Source of the DNA: Octopus sinensis
Taxonomy: Eukaryota
DNA: 64,000 nt
NCBI RefSeq assembly: GCF_006345805.1
Contig: NC_043000.1
Coordinates: 116,126,001-116,190,000, forward strand
Direction: 5' to 3'
In this document: piece after piece, positions 12,642 to 26,147 of the stretch
Layout: every line of letters starts with the position of its first letter
How positions within the stretch are numbered: the stretch's first letter is position 1
Program-made: the position numbers and the translations under genes
Notes under the pieces: model-generated
Seen by the model: the letters and a program-made list of their open reading frames with translations, nothing else
Told to the model about the DNA's origin: nothing
Databases searched by the model: none

Positions 12642-13429
12642 ACTGTTGACTTATCTCTCAACAATAGGTCTAGACGCTTTTTTAATGGCGTGTCAAATTT
12701 AGACAATTGTCGATTTTCAAGATTATTTCCTCTTGGCAAGTGGTGCTGGTTTTAATTGCCATTTGGTAATTAATGTTCATTCTCTTGAGACAAAAGTATT
12801 TAGACCGAATCAAGAATTTATGTTGCAGCGAAAATCACAAACTTGTACGTACGTACGTACGTACGTATGTATGTATGTATGTATGTATGTATGTATGTAT
12901 GTATGTATGTATGTATGTATGTATGTATGTATGTACGTACGTATGTACGTACATACATACTTGTGTGAGAGTGGCTATGTGTGTGTTTATTAAATGCATT
13001 GGAGTTCTTGAAAAAAAAACGAACATCAAACGAGATTAATTGAAAATATTGAGAGACAATGTACAATTATATAAATCGAAATGTATAAATCAATCTTCTG
13101 TCCGACAAAACAGATAAGTAGACAAAGAAAAGTAACGTTGAAGTTGTCAGGGAGTCAACTGTGCAATTAGTGAGATATATCTTGGGTAATGGAATTCAAA
13201 GCCACACACACACCTACACACACACATGTAGTAGAGAGAAAAACGTTGAGAAACAACATGAACATCAAAAACAACAACCACAACAAAAATACCAACAACA
13301 ATAAAAACGACGACACCACCACGAACAACAACAACAACAACAATAATATATTAAACGCCATTGGGCAAATACAAAATTGATCAAGCGCCATTTTTCATTT
13401 CGTGTAAAAGAGGAGAACCGTAAAACAAT

Positions 13430-13503
13430 TTTAATATATGTGTGTATATGTGTGTGTGTGTGTTTGTGTGTGTATGTGTTGTGTGTGTGCATACACATAT
13501 GTT

Positions 13504-13536
<33 letters not shown>

Positions 13537-14190
13537 GCGTGTGTATATTTCTGTGTGTGTGTGTGTCTTGTATGTGTGTGTGAGTATACGTCGATATGTC
13601 TGTGTTTTTGTGTATGTCTGTATGCCTGTGAATGTGCACGCGTGTGTGAGTGCGTGTGTGTGTCAGTATATGTGTGGGAGCGTGTATGACTTTGTGTGTA
13701 TGTCTACGTGTTAGTATGCATCTACATGTCTTTGTTTTCGTGTATGTCTGTATACGTGTGAATGTGCACGCATTTGTGTACGCATGTGTGTGTGAGCGTG
13801 TAAGACATTGTGTGTGTCTGTCTGTGTATGAGTATGCGTATACATGTGTGGGCTTTCGTGCATGTCTGTATGTGTGTGACTGTGCGTGGGTGCATGTTTG
13901 TATGTTTCTGTGAGCGTGTGTGACTTTGTATATGTGTCTCTGGGTGTGAGTATGCGTCTACATGTCTCTGCTTTTGTGTATGTGTGTATGCGTGTGAATG
14001 TGCACGCGTGTGTGCGTGAGTGTGTGTGTGGGAGCGTGTATGACTGTGTGTAAGACTTTCTGTGTGTGTCTGTGTGTGAGTATGCGTCTACATGCCTGAA
14101 TTTTTGTATATGTCTGTATGCGTATGACTGTGCGCGCGCGTGTTTGCGCGTTTATGTTGGAGCGCGCGCGCATGTGTGCATGTGCGTGCC
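13430..14190. repeat. (TG)-derived higher-order minisatellite, about 120-130 bp x5
   Basis: gagtatgcgtctacatg-like landmark at 13582, 13712, 13830, 13948 and 14078. Confidence 0.75.
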
Positions 14191-14609
14191 TCTGTAAACA
14201 ACATTGAACGTTAAAGACAAACGAAAATGTTTGCTATGAAATTAAAACTCCTAAGTAAAGGATCAGAAGAACATATTTAGTGTCCTGCTTCGGAGATGGA
14301 ATGAATATATGTTTTTACGCATGGATTGTGTGCGTATGCATGCATGTATATATAAGTGCGTGCGTGTTTACAGCTATCTTATGCAAATATATGTGTATGC
14401 TTGGGTAAGTGGATGGATGCGAATATATATATATATACACAATTTGAGATAGGGGTTGTAAATGCAATCTGCATGGCCGAAACAGCTGTAAGATGTAGTT
14501 TATATTTATATTTACATTTATTTATATTTATATTCTCTTATACATATTGTACTTATTGTATCATATTACTCCTTTATGTAAATTCCTTTATGTACACTGT
14601 TTTGTTCTA

Positions 14610-14709
14610 NNNNNNNNNNNNNNNNNNNNNNNNNNNNNNNNNNNNNNNNNNNNNNNNNNNNNNNNNNNNNNNNNNNNNNNNNNNNNNNNNNNNNNNNNNN
14701 NNNNNNNNN
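14610..14709. other. Assembly gap (100 N)
   Basis: Run of n. Confidence 1.
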
Positions 14710-14729
14710 TCGAGTATGCCCATTGACGA

Positions 14730-15078
14730 AGCTTTAAGTATTACTTTAGCCCAGCTAAAAATCTAAAATGTCTTGTACAAAATTGGCAGCTAAAACCTTT
14801 ACCAGTAATAGATGGCTGTAGATGTAACTGAGCTTCATGTACCTTTGCATGCCGTTTAAGTCCTCCTGCCGAATTACACTCTCCTTCACATGCCCGACAG
14901 TTATGATTAGTATGGTGTGTTACACCACCACCAGTGGCCAGGTTGTCACTCATCTGTCTCGCTTTATGACTACGAAGATGACTCTTGAGTTCAGCTTTAC
15001 TGAGGCAGGGTCTTGCACAGACATTGCATGTCAGCATCAAAGGAAGACCCTTCCTTGCTGGAAGTGTAACAGCGATGC
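14730..15078 (-). mobile_element. Three C2H2-like fingers, probably the decayed C-terminus of an RTE-clade LINE ORF
   Basis: CNVCARPCLSKAELKSHLRSH, CRACEGECNSAGGLKRHAKVH, CQFCTRHFRFLAGLK*. No TGEKP linkers; matches the CxxCxRxCxSxxGLxSHxRxH pattern recalled for RTE C-termini. Confidence 0.55.
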
Positions 15079-15790
15079 CCATACATACATACATACGAAC
15101 ATACATATACATATATATATATACGTATGTATATATATATATATATATACATGTGTGTATATATATGTGTATGTGTGTGTGTGTGTAAAAACATATTCTT
15201 TAATTCGTTTACTTGCTTCAGTCATTTGAGTGCGGCCATGCTGGAGCACCGCTTTGTAGTCGAAGAAATGTCCTTGTTTAGATTTATTTCAAATTTTCTA
15301 GTCAATAAAGAGTCGGTTTCTAACCAAAATCTAGTTATGTATGTATGTATGTATGTATGTATGTATGTATGTATGTATGTATGTATGTATGTATGTATGT
15401 GTGAATGTATGTATGTATGTGTGAATGTATGTAAGTGTGAATGTATGTATGTATGTATATATGCATGTATGTATGTATGTATATATGCATGTATGTATGT
15501 ATGCACGTATGTATGCGTGAATGTATGTATGTATGCATGTATGTATGTATGTCTGAATGTGTGTATGTATGTATGTGTGAATGTATGTATGTATGTGTGA
15601 ATGTATGTATGTATGTGTGTATGTATGTATACACTGCCGTTTCATTTAAGTTCTTCTAACAAAGCGAAAAGACTTTGGATATGTGTATGTATGTATGTAT
15701 GTATATATATATATATATGTATATATATACTATATGTATATATATGTAATATATATATATATAACTATATATATGTATATATATCTATAT

Positions 15791-15891
<101 letters not shown>

Positions 15892-16131
15892 TATTATATA
15901 TATATATAAGTCTTTCGCTTTGTTAGTACCCGGCTTGAACACTCTCAAGAAGAACTTAAACTAAATAGAGAAATTATCATGAAAACAGTGTCTTCTTTGA
16001 AAACTTTTCAGTCACAACTGTGATGATATTGGTAAAACAAGTTTTTTTTCTCTATCTCTTTATACTCTTGGAGACTTTGGATAAAATTATACTAATGTGT
16101 CCTTCAAATTTAATTAAATTCTATGTCTTTG

Positions 16132-16214
16132 TGCAGCTGAAGATTGCTCTACATTTTAAATTGATGTAATGATTGCATTGTTCAAATGGAGTCGCATGAA
16201 ACGATCATACTGCA
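16132..16214 (+). ncRNA. Type-I hammerhead ribozyme motif with canonical CUGAAGA core, in a PLE-like remnant (about 16078-16245)
   Basis: TGCAG CTGAAGA TTGC (46 nt) GCAT GAAAC GATC ATA CTGCA; homologous to 22909-22996; followed by (TA)n. Confidence 0.65.
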
Positions 16215-16251
16215 TTACCTCTGGATATCCTTGTAGCTTATTTTTATATAT

Positions 16252-16291
<40 letters not shown>

Positions 16292-16789
16292 GGTTAATGA
16301 ACACTGAGAAAGTGACCATACTTTACCAGTAAGCAACTAGGTATAAACCATTTGTTTTATTATCTAAAAGTAATAACAACAACAACAACAATAATAATAA
16401 TAATACAAAATATTTAATGTATGTGATTATGTATACATACATTTATGCAGGAACAAATAAACACACATGTGCAATTCAAATGTTTGTATGTGTGTGCAAT
16501 ATTTTGTTAATTATATTTAAACGCTTATAGATTATTTGTCAATGCAACGGAAGATGAGCTTACACGTTCGAAAAATGCTTCTTATTTCTTTCAATTTAAA
16601 GTCTAATCCCAATGGTATATTTGTCCAGACAGTGTAAGATCGAAAACCAATAATATCAAATGGAATTGAATAATGGTAAATTATTCTTAAGATTACTCTC
16701 TGCAGACATGTAGAAAATAACTTTTGAACTTTAAGAAGAATCGCAAAATAAAATGAATAAGCTATTCAGGCCTATGGAGGTATTCTTTT

Positions 16790-17177
16790 ATACTCTTGGC
16801 ACAAGACCCGAAATATTGAGCGAGGGGACCAGTCGATTAGGTCGACCCCAATACACAACTGGTATTTAATTTATCGACCCCGAAAGGATGAAGGGCAAAG
16901 ACGACCTCGTGTAATTTGAACTCAGAACATAAAGACAGACCAAATACCGATTTCATTACTACCCACAAGGGGATAAACACAGAGAGGACAAACAAGGACA
17001 GACAAAAGGATTAAGCCGATTGACCTCCAGTGCGTAACTGGTACTTAATTTATGAACCCTGAAAGGATGAAATGCAAAGTCGACCTCGGCGGAATTTGAA
17101 TTCAGAACGTAACGGCAGACGAAATACCGCTAAGCATTTCGCCCGACATGCTAACGATTCTGCCAGCTCGCCGCCTT
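16790..17177 (-). mobile_element. SINE family B dimer
   Basis: Same architecture as 1129-1525. Confidence 0.85.
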
Positions 17178-17791
17178 AACTTAGAGAGGAATTGCAATGA
17201 AGAAACGACAATTCGATATTTGGAGTAGTTTCGTTTTTTTTATATATACAATACAGATCAAATATTAAATGACTGTAAATGAATGTTGAAAATGCCGAAC
17301 GGAAATAATATGCTAAAAAACCAAAGATGATTCAAAGAAGATATTTTGATACAGAATATGAAACATGGCGGTGAAGAAGGGAATTTGGTGGTGTGAATGA
17401 TTCGCACTGAATTTACACGTATATTGTAGGTGCAGAAAGCAGATAAAATTTTTGCTTAAAAGTGATTTTTTAAATCGTGCAAAGGCAAACACGCTACATA
17501 TTTGCTAATGTACTAAATAAAAAATTGATGATCGCATTGAAGATGCTAGTTATAACAACAAAAGACCCATACATACACGCATACTTAAATGTATAACGGA
17601 CGCGCACACACATGTATGGATGTGATTAGACACAAACATATAATGTGTACATATATATTTCCTAATGTACATTTACACAATTATATACATACAGGCTTAT
17701 GTATGCATGCATGGCTTAATATACATATATGCATATGTATATATACATACATATATGTGTGTGTGTAAGTGTGTGTGTACACAGTATACAC

Positions 17792-17836
<45 letters not shown>

Positions 17837-18045
17837 GATATATATATATATATGCATATACACACATACACACACACGCATATATATATGTACGATGTAT
17901 GCTGCAGATGCAAAATTATCAATAGAGCAAGGTAGTGCTAGCATAAATTATTTTATGATGCATTGAATAACTTACCTATAAAATGCACCAGAAATCTCTA
18001 ATACTATCAATATGCATGTGTAGCTCTCTCTCTCTCTCACTCTCC

Positions 18046-18094
<49 letters not shown>

Positions 18095-18270
18095 GCGTGT
18101 GTGTGTGGTGTGTGTGTGTGTGCGTGTGCGTGTATGTCTTTGTGCATGTGCGTGTGCGCGTGTGTATGTGTGCATGTATGTGTCCTTATGTTTGTGTATG
18201 CATATATAACTAACGATGGCTCAAATTGGATTGATGATGATGATGACGACGACGACGACCATGATGGTGG

Positions 18271-18301
<31 letters not shown>

Positions 18302-18807
18302 AAGAACACTGTAGTAAAGACGGTGATCAATATTATGATAACGATGATGATGCTGGGATTTTTTTTTTCGTGTTTATTGATAAGAGATGCAGTATTGATA
18401 AAGAATGAGAACAACTATTCACAAAATTCCACAAATATCTTTTATTATTTTTTTCTTATCAAAATGCGTGCGTTTGCTTTTTGGGAATTTTGTAAACTCA
18501 GATGAATACAAAATATGAACATAAATTAACAGGCAAAATTATGATCGTCTTAGTATTACGAGAAAAAGGAGAGAATATATATATATATATTAATAAAATC
18601 ACCCTGCCTGTTAATTTCAGCTAACGTCGTATTTGAAACAGTCTATTATTTGAAACTAAGATCGGCTGATTACAGGAGACCATTAAAATATATTGATCGA
18701 TATTTCTGTCATCCGTAATATTTGTTTCAGCTTTCCTGACATATTCACCGTTTTAGAAGAATATTCAGTAGAATCGCATTAAATTTAAATAAGTTTAAAC
18801 ACGTAAG

Positions 18808-19025
18808 GCAAGGCGGTGAGCTGGCAGAAACGTTAGCACGCCAGGCGTAATGCTTAATGGCATTTCGTCTGTCTTATCGCTCTGAGTTCAAATTCCGCCG
18901 AAGTCGATTTTGCAGTTCATCCTTTCGAGTTCGGTAAATAAGTACCAGTTGTGTACTATGGGTGATCTAATCGACTGGCCTCTTCCCAAAAATTTAGGAC
19001 CTTGTGCCTAGAGTAGAAAAGAATA
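18808..19025 (+). mobile_element. SINE family B monomer, tail ii
   Basis: aaggcggtgagctggcagaaacgttagc...gtgcctagagtagaaaagaat. Confidence 0.85.
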
Positions 19026-19217
19026 TATGTGTTATAATAAGGCGGCGAGCCTTACTATTTTTTTTTCTCTTTGCCTGTGTGAGTTGAGAATATTACTGTC
19101 TGGGAGATATATTATGGTAGTAGAATAGTGTTTAACCGCTATTTCTAAATTCCGGTATGCGGAGAAACAATTTTGGTAAGCCCTAATTATAATTATGCTT
19201 ATAATTATAATGATTTG

Positions 19218-19248
<31 letters not shown>

Positions 19249-19429
19249 TTACACACACATACATACATAAAAAAATGTGTGTGTGAGAGTGCGTGCGTGT
19301 GTGTGTGTGTGTATGTGTGTGTGTGTGTGTGTGTTGTGTGTGTGTGCGTGTCTATGCATGTAATATGTCCTCGAGCCGACGAAGTAATTGTAAGTGGATT
19401 TCGTTGACGGAAACAGCAAAAAGCCTAAG

Positions 19430-19480
<51 letters not shown>

Positions 19481-20289
19481 AGGAGAGGTTGAAGGGGGAG
19501 AGGTGAGTATCAGCCTCATCCATGAGTTATAGTGTTTCATGGCAATGGAAGGAAAACTATAAAGAATGGCTGCCTAGATGGCGCTCTTGCCATATGAGTA
19601 TGAAATGTTTTAGACCTGAAACCGAAACTTTCCATTTGCATGCAGTGTTGATTGGGCTGAAGAGCGAGCAGTGAAGTATGACGATTTCTCTCTCTGGGAT
19701 TTCTATTCAATATAGCAATAAAATGGAGAATTTTGAAAATTTGGTGGAAGAGCTTTAGGATCGAACATATCGGTCAGAGTTTCGAAGACGGGATAGCTTG
19801 AATACCTTACAATGCATGCTATAATGTTTGATCGTTCGAATAGTATCTTCAAAGCTAATGTTCAAATAAAGATGCGAAAAAGTCGCATATATGTTATAAA
19901 AATGCAAATATGCCTGTTTGTATTTATAAATCTATCGATGTAAGCATGGCTCTGAACATAACATATTTCTTTCACAGTCGAGTGTTCCCTTCACTCGATT
20001 CTATCTTTGACTGTGTGTTGCTATAATTTGAAGCTTGTCTTGTCGTAAAGTGTACTGCGCGCACTTTGGTCCAAGGTTAAGTAGACATCTGCTTCTGCAA
20101 TACTGAGCCAGCTATACAATATACTACAATGGCTTTATCATTACATGGACGAAGTCAAATAATTTTCGTCGAATATACACATACACGTATTTATACATGC
20201 GCAAACATGCATTTCTTCACACACACGCAACACACATATACATACATCCATAGAAACATAGACATGTATACATACATATAGATGCATAA

Positions 20290-20339
<50 letters not shown>

Positions 20340-20409
20340 ATATATATATAATACAGACAATAATATAACGCATATATATATATATGAATACATAATATAT
20401 GCATATATT

Positions 20410-20460
<51 letters not shown>

Positions 20461-20571
20461 GTATGCATACATACAGCATATACATGCATATGTATTTTTA
20501 TAATATATATGCATTTATATATATATTATACATATTACACACACATATACTATATAAATACAGAAATACAG

Positions 20572-20603
<32 letters not shown>

Positions 20604-20807
20604 GTATATATATACATATAAATATACATACATACTTTCATACATACATATAAATACGGATGAAAATCAAATCGCATTTTTTTACGTAAGAGCGCATTAA
20701 AGCCTTTTATTACAATGACTTGGCTTCTTAACAGCATTGCGTACTGGCATTCTATCCTTTATAAGAATTCGTGACTGCGTATGTGTTTCGAGTTATTGAG
20801 TGCTTAC

Positions 20808-20870
20808 GTGAAATTCTACAACCAATCGTCTTTCTGCTGTAATTACTTTTATCATATTCTACTGCACTCA
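20808..20870 (-). CDS. Candidate 63-nt phase 1-1 exon (SAVEYDKSNYSRKTIGCRIS)
   Basis: ttttttcttttgattccgatgttgcAG acceptor, TCAC|GTAAGC donor, open frame. Confidence 0.3.
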
Positions 20871-20992
20871 CTGCAACATCGGAATCAAAAGAAAAAAGAA
20901 TCAATGTGGAATGACAATAGCAAAATACTAATGAATTAGTTTCTTATTTCTGAATTAGATATCTATAAATTTTACAATTTTCTGTAGAGACA

Positions 20993-21155
20993 GGCGCAGG
21001 TGTGGCTGTGTAGTAATACGCTTGCCACCCAGGAACATGGTTCTGTATTCAGTCCCAAAGCGTGCCATCTTGGGCAAATGTATTCGACTATGACATTGGC
21101 ACAACGAAAGCCTTGTAAGTGGATTGGTAGACCGAAACTGGAAGAAGCCCACCGT
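20993..21155 (+). mobile_element. SINE family C head
   Basis: aggtgtggctgtgtagtaatacgcttgcc...ggattggtagaccgaaactggaagaagccc, then microsatellite. Confidence 0.75.
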
Positions 21156-21187
21156 ATGTATGTAAGTATGTATGTATGCAGATATGC

Positions 21188-21281
<94 letters not shown>

Positions 21282-21463
21282 ATAAATATGTATATGATAT
21301 ATATATATATGTATATAGTATGTATATATATATATATATTATATATGTATATATATGTATATTATATATATATATATATAATTAATATATTGTATATATA
21401 TATGTATATATATGTATATATTATATAATATATATACATATATATACATATATATACATATAT

Positions 21464-22515
21464 GTTCATAATGGCCCTCTCAGACTGCCCTCAAGCCACG
21501 CAGAGAGCCACGATCACAAGTTATGCAGATGATACAAAAGTTTCACAGGCATACAGAACCCTGAGGACACTAAACACCTGCAATGTGAGCTAGACAAAAT
21601 ATACAATGGGCTGAAAAGAATAGCATGCAGTTCAATGCTGAAAAGTTTCAAGCTCTATACTATCAGCATGCAAAACTAATGCAATACCCAATGAATACAC
21701 TGGAACCCGAGGAATAGCAATCCCAGAGGCACAATCAGTGCGTGACCTAGGTATTTACATGAGTGATGACGCGACCTTTCGTGTACATGTTGCTAAATTG
21801 GCAATGAAATGTAGACGACTGGCCGGATGGATCCTCAGAACCTTTAGAACAAGAGAACAAGAAACCATGATGGTCCTCTGGAGGACACTTGTCCTAAGCC
21901 ACTTTGACTACTGCTCTCAGTTATGGTCACCATCCAGTGTCAAGTTGATCACAGAGCTCGAGGCGATCCAACGTAGCTACACGAAAGATAGCCTCTATGC
22001 AGAATGTAAGCTACTGGGAAAGACTCAGGAAATTAAAATTATATTCCCTGGAGCGTAGGCGGGAAAGATATGCCATAATAACATCTGGAAGATCCTGGAG
22101 GGAAGTGTCCTGAACTTTGGCATCGAGAGTTACGCAAATGCTAGAACTGGGCGCCACTGCGTGGTGCTAGGACTCCAAACTTGCCATCAAGATGTAGGAC
22201 AAGATTCTGTGATAGCTGGGCTTCCGAGGCCCACAGCTCTTCAATATCCTCCCGAAGAACCTGAGAGACCTGCATGGGGTGGATACAGATGTCTTTAAAA
22301 TGAAGCTGGATCTCTTCCTGTCAGGTGTCCAGATGAACCAACTTCACGGCAGGAGGGGCAGATGAGGGCAGCTGCATCGAACTCTCTCATGCACCAAATA
22401 GCAGCTCCTAGAAAGCCTTCATGAAGTGAAACCAAGTAGCAACACCAAATGGCGGTGCCCCAGCATGGCCACAGCTCATAAGCTGAAACTGGAAAAATCA
22501 AAATCAAATCAATCA
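21464..22515 (+). mobile_element. CR1-clade LINE 3' fragment with intact 3'UTR and tail
   Basis: FIMALSD..SYADDTKVS..RDLGIYMSDD..GWILRTFRTRE..LFNILPKNLRDLHGVD..KLDLFLSGV; tail ggcggtgccccagcatggccacagctcataagctgaaac...(tcaaa)n. Confidence 0.9.
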
Positions 22516-22523
22516 AATATATA

Positions 22524-22584
<61 letters not shown>

Positions 22585-22908
22585 TGTTATATATATGTAT
22601 ATATATATATATATATAGATGCATGCATATATACATCTTTCGGGGTGAATCGCGGATCTGTATTTTAACGAGGGTATTTATTTGTCAACCCGACAAGATA
22701 CATCTGCACCGCCGGATGCTCCTGAACCAGTTGTTGAGTGTCCCACCCGTGAGAGATCGATGCTAGATGCATCGAAACAACTATTGCGATTAATAATAAA
22801 TACTCGTGTATTCCATCAGTGTATAAGTTTTCCAGATATAAAGATATAATCTATATATATATATATATATATATCATCAAAATAAGCAACAATGATATCC
22901 AGAGTTAA

Positions 22909-22996
22909 TGCAGTACGATCGTTTCGTGCGACTCCATTTAATTGAACAATGCAAATATAACATCAATTTTAACATGTAGAGCAATCCTCAGCTGCA
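22909..22996 (-). ncRNA. Type-I hammerhead ribozyme motif, canonical CUGAGGA core and GUA site, in a PLE-like remnant (about 22873-23050)
   Basis: Minus strand: TGCAG CTGAGGA TTGC (51 nt) GCAC GAAAC GATC GTA CTGCA; stem III is the palindrome ACGATCGT. Confidence 0.7.
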
Positions 22997-23071
22997 TAAA
23001 AATATAGAATTTAGTTAAATTCAAAGGATTCATTTGTATAGTTATTCTATTAACCAAAATCACAGAGGGGA

Positions 23072-23362
23072 ATAGGTATTTCGTCTACCGTTAAGTTCTG
23101 AGTTCAAATTCCGTGGAGGTCGACTTTGCCTTTCATCCTTTCGGAGTCGGTAAATTAAGTACCAGTTGTTTAATTTATAAATTATGTACCAGCACTGGGG
23201 TCAATGTAATCGACATAATCCGTTTGTCTGTCCTTATTTGTCCATTCTTTGTTTAGCCCCTTGTGGTCAATAAAGAAATAAGAAACCTTAGACCCCCTGA
23301 CAAAATGCTTAGCGGTATTTCGTCTCAATACATTCTGAGTTCAAATTCGGCCGAGGTCGACT
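23072..23362 (+). mobile_element. SINE family B, body-tail i plus start of a second unit
   Basis: ggtatttcgtc...gtggtcaataaagaaata then agaaaccttag...gaggtcgac. Confidence 0.8.
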
Positions 23363-23451
23363 TGATGAGTCGAATGGGCGTTATAGAGAATCTGCTATAA
23401 GTTATATTGATGCAAATGACTTGAATGTTAGTTGTAATGGTTACTAAGTGA

Positions 23452-23772
23452 GCACTCCGTCGGTTACGACGACGAGGGTCCCAGCTGATACGATCAACGG
23501 AACAGCTGCTCGTGAAATTAACGTACAAGTGGATGAGCACTCCACAGAAACATGTACCCCTAACATAGTTCTCAGGGAGATGCAGCGTGACACAGTGTAT
23601 GACAAGGCTAACCTTTTGAAATAGAGGTACAACTCATTTTTGACAGCTGAGTGGACTGGAGCAACGTGAAATAAAGTGTCTTGCTCAAGGACACAACGCG
23701 TTGTTGGGAATTGAACTCACGACCTTACAATCGTGAGCCGAATGCCCTAACCACTAAGCCACGCACCTTCAC
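23452..23772 (-). mobile_element. SINE family A, full length
   Basis: Minus strand: ggcttagtggttagggcattcggc (A box), gagttcaattccc (B box), tgtgtccttgagcaagacactt central motif, tail ...taaccgacggagtgc. Confidence 0.85.
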
Positions 23773-24906
23773 AATGGTTAGGAAATATTGCTGAATATAT
23801 CAGAATTAAGTGTCAGCAATATTTAAACATTTTCTAAAGATTATGAAAGATTAACTTACGAAGGTGAAAGATTAAGTTATATAAAAGATTAACTCATAAG
23901 ATTAACTTATGAAAGAGAAGTTATTTTCAGCGGATCGTGATAATAAATGTGAATCCCATTCCGATTAGTTGTAAAGACCGCTTGCCTGTCTTCAGTTCTG
24001 ATACTATAAACAGTTCTGGTGGTTTCCCCCCTTAAAATAGTTATATAACAAGGTGAGATATGCTGTTATATTATTGCCTTTGTAAACGGAAACAAAGAAG
24101 ATGGCGTCTTCTAAATTCAATGTCGTTGCGGTTTGAGGTGTACAGAAATGGCGTGTTGCCTCGCTATTAAGGAACAGTAATAATGAATAATGATCCTCAC
24201 GTTAGTCCGGGATCACGTAATTGTATGGGAAGCGTATTGTTCACGTTTTATAAGTTTCAGAATGATGTCACATTAAATCGTCTCCAGTGCTACGTGATCC
24301 AAAGTTATTACTGGAGAGTATTTGATGCGACGTTTTACCATTGTCTGGCACATTACTACTGGTGGTTTTAATCAAGACTATAGATTATCGCCTGGAGACT
24401 AAAGAGAGTGGTGATCGTTATCTTCATTGACCTCAGCACATTATCGGCTGAAAGATAAAAGCTAAACGCCAACACCACTGGAATTTGAGAAAACCATAAG
24501 TCAAATCTAAATGAATTTCTCCATTATGCTATCATTTCTGTTACTCAATAATAATTCGAATGACAAACATATTAATACAGCTGAAATAAATTTAAATAAA
24601 ATAAAGCCTCCCTGTGGGCTAAATAAGAATGCAAACACATTCTTTTCTACAATACTTATGAGCGGAAAAGGTTTGTGTTTCTAGTAATTTTGTTTTCCAT
24701 TTTGCGAGAGACCACTAGAAAACCTCTTCTTACTTCCCTAATGAATAGCAAATAAAGAAATTATGAATTAGTCAGCAACGAGGAGGATGACATAATATGG
24801 ATATTTCTGCGTTTGATGCTCGATATTAATTAAACACTGTCTCTGTACCATTTAGCGTAAATCTGTAGAAATGAAGTCAGTATCACTATTATACCGATTG
24901 GGTTAA

Positions 24907-25139
24907 AAGGCGGCGAGCTGGCAGAAACGTTAGCGCGCCGGGAGAAATGCTTAGCGGTATTTTGTCTGTCGTTACGTTCTGAGTTCAAATTCCACCGAGG
25001 TCGACTTTGCTTTCATCCTTCCGGGGTCGATAAATAAAGTACTAGTTTCGCACTGGGGTCAATATAATCGACTTAATCCGTTTGTCTGTCCTTGTTTGTC
25101 CCCTCTATGTTTTGCCCCTTGTGGGTAATAAATAAATAT
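24907..25139 (+). mobile_element. SINE family B monomer (tail i) with degenerate 16-bp TSD
   Basis: ataccgattgggttaa at 24891-24906 vs atacagattaggttaa at 25140-25155. Confidence 0.85.
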
Positions 25140-25451
25140 ATACAGATTAGGTTAATAAGAATGTATCCATAATCATGCTACACCGATAATTTACAGCAAA
25201 AAGATGGATGGAGTCTCCTAACTGACCATTTCATTTTTTGTTAACCGCTACTCAAAGAAAATGCACCGGTTCCCATCATTAATAATGAATTATGGATAAT
25301 TTACATTTCTTATGAAAATGTCAATGAATCGATGCCATTTACTATCTCGTAATCGTATTGTTCCTTTATCACAGGGATTATTAGGAAAGGCAGAAATTCT
25401 ATGTAGTTTAGCATTAATTTTCGTTTTTCCATACTTTTTACCGTTACTTAC

Positions 25452-25489
25452 CAGTTGCCTATAAGCTATATTCGCTGCAGATATTAGAA
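25452..25489 (-). CDS. Candidate 38-nt exon (LISAANIAYRQL)
   Basis: tttttcatgcAG acceptor and a consensus CTG|GTAAGT donor; too short to be convincing. Confidence 0.2.
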
Positions 25490-26052
25490 CTGCATGAAAA
25501 ATATTTCGCATTCATATTCTTGCTATTGTGTTTTGTGAACGAGTGAGCATTAGCGTCGTTGCTCAGTTCTTTCGGATCGAAATGAGTGATGATGAGGATA
25601 ATAATAATAATAATATTCATAAAAAATAATAATATTCATAAAAATAAAAATAATAATAATAATAATATACATTAAAAAATAATAATATTCATAAAAATAA
25701 TAATAATAATGATAATATTCATAAAAATGATAATAATAATGATGATAACAAAAATAACTTCAATAAAAAAGATGAACACCACAAAAAGCCACCGAACAAA
25801 GATATTCGAAATATTCGTTTTATATATTAATATTTTACGAGGATTCGTTTAGGTGACAACAGGGTTATATTCGTAGGTTTCAAATATTCCTCAAATATAC
25901 TTCCTTTTAATTTATTTATATTTTTATTCTCGTTCACAATATTTTTTTTTCGTTTTTCATCAAATTCCAATATAAATACTTACGTGCATATATGTATATA
26001 CATACATACATACATATACATACATACACGTATTCATATATATATATTCATG

Positions 26053-26147
<95 letters not shown>

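Noticed and set aside
14741-15112. Host C2H2 zinc-finger gene
   Set aside because: The start lies in a microsatellite, there are no TGEKP linkers, the third finger has a stop, and the pattern fits an RTE C-terminus better. Kept only as an open finding.
19978-20075. Plus-strand segment with a strong acceptor (tttctttcacAG) and donor (AAG|GTTAAG)
   Set aside because: All three frames contain stops; it could only be a non-coding exon, and nothing else supports it.
22745-22790. Possible hammerhead (GATGC TAGAT GCATC GAAAC)
   Set aside because: No acceptable CUGANGA core, stem III or stem I could be built.
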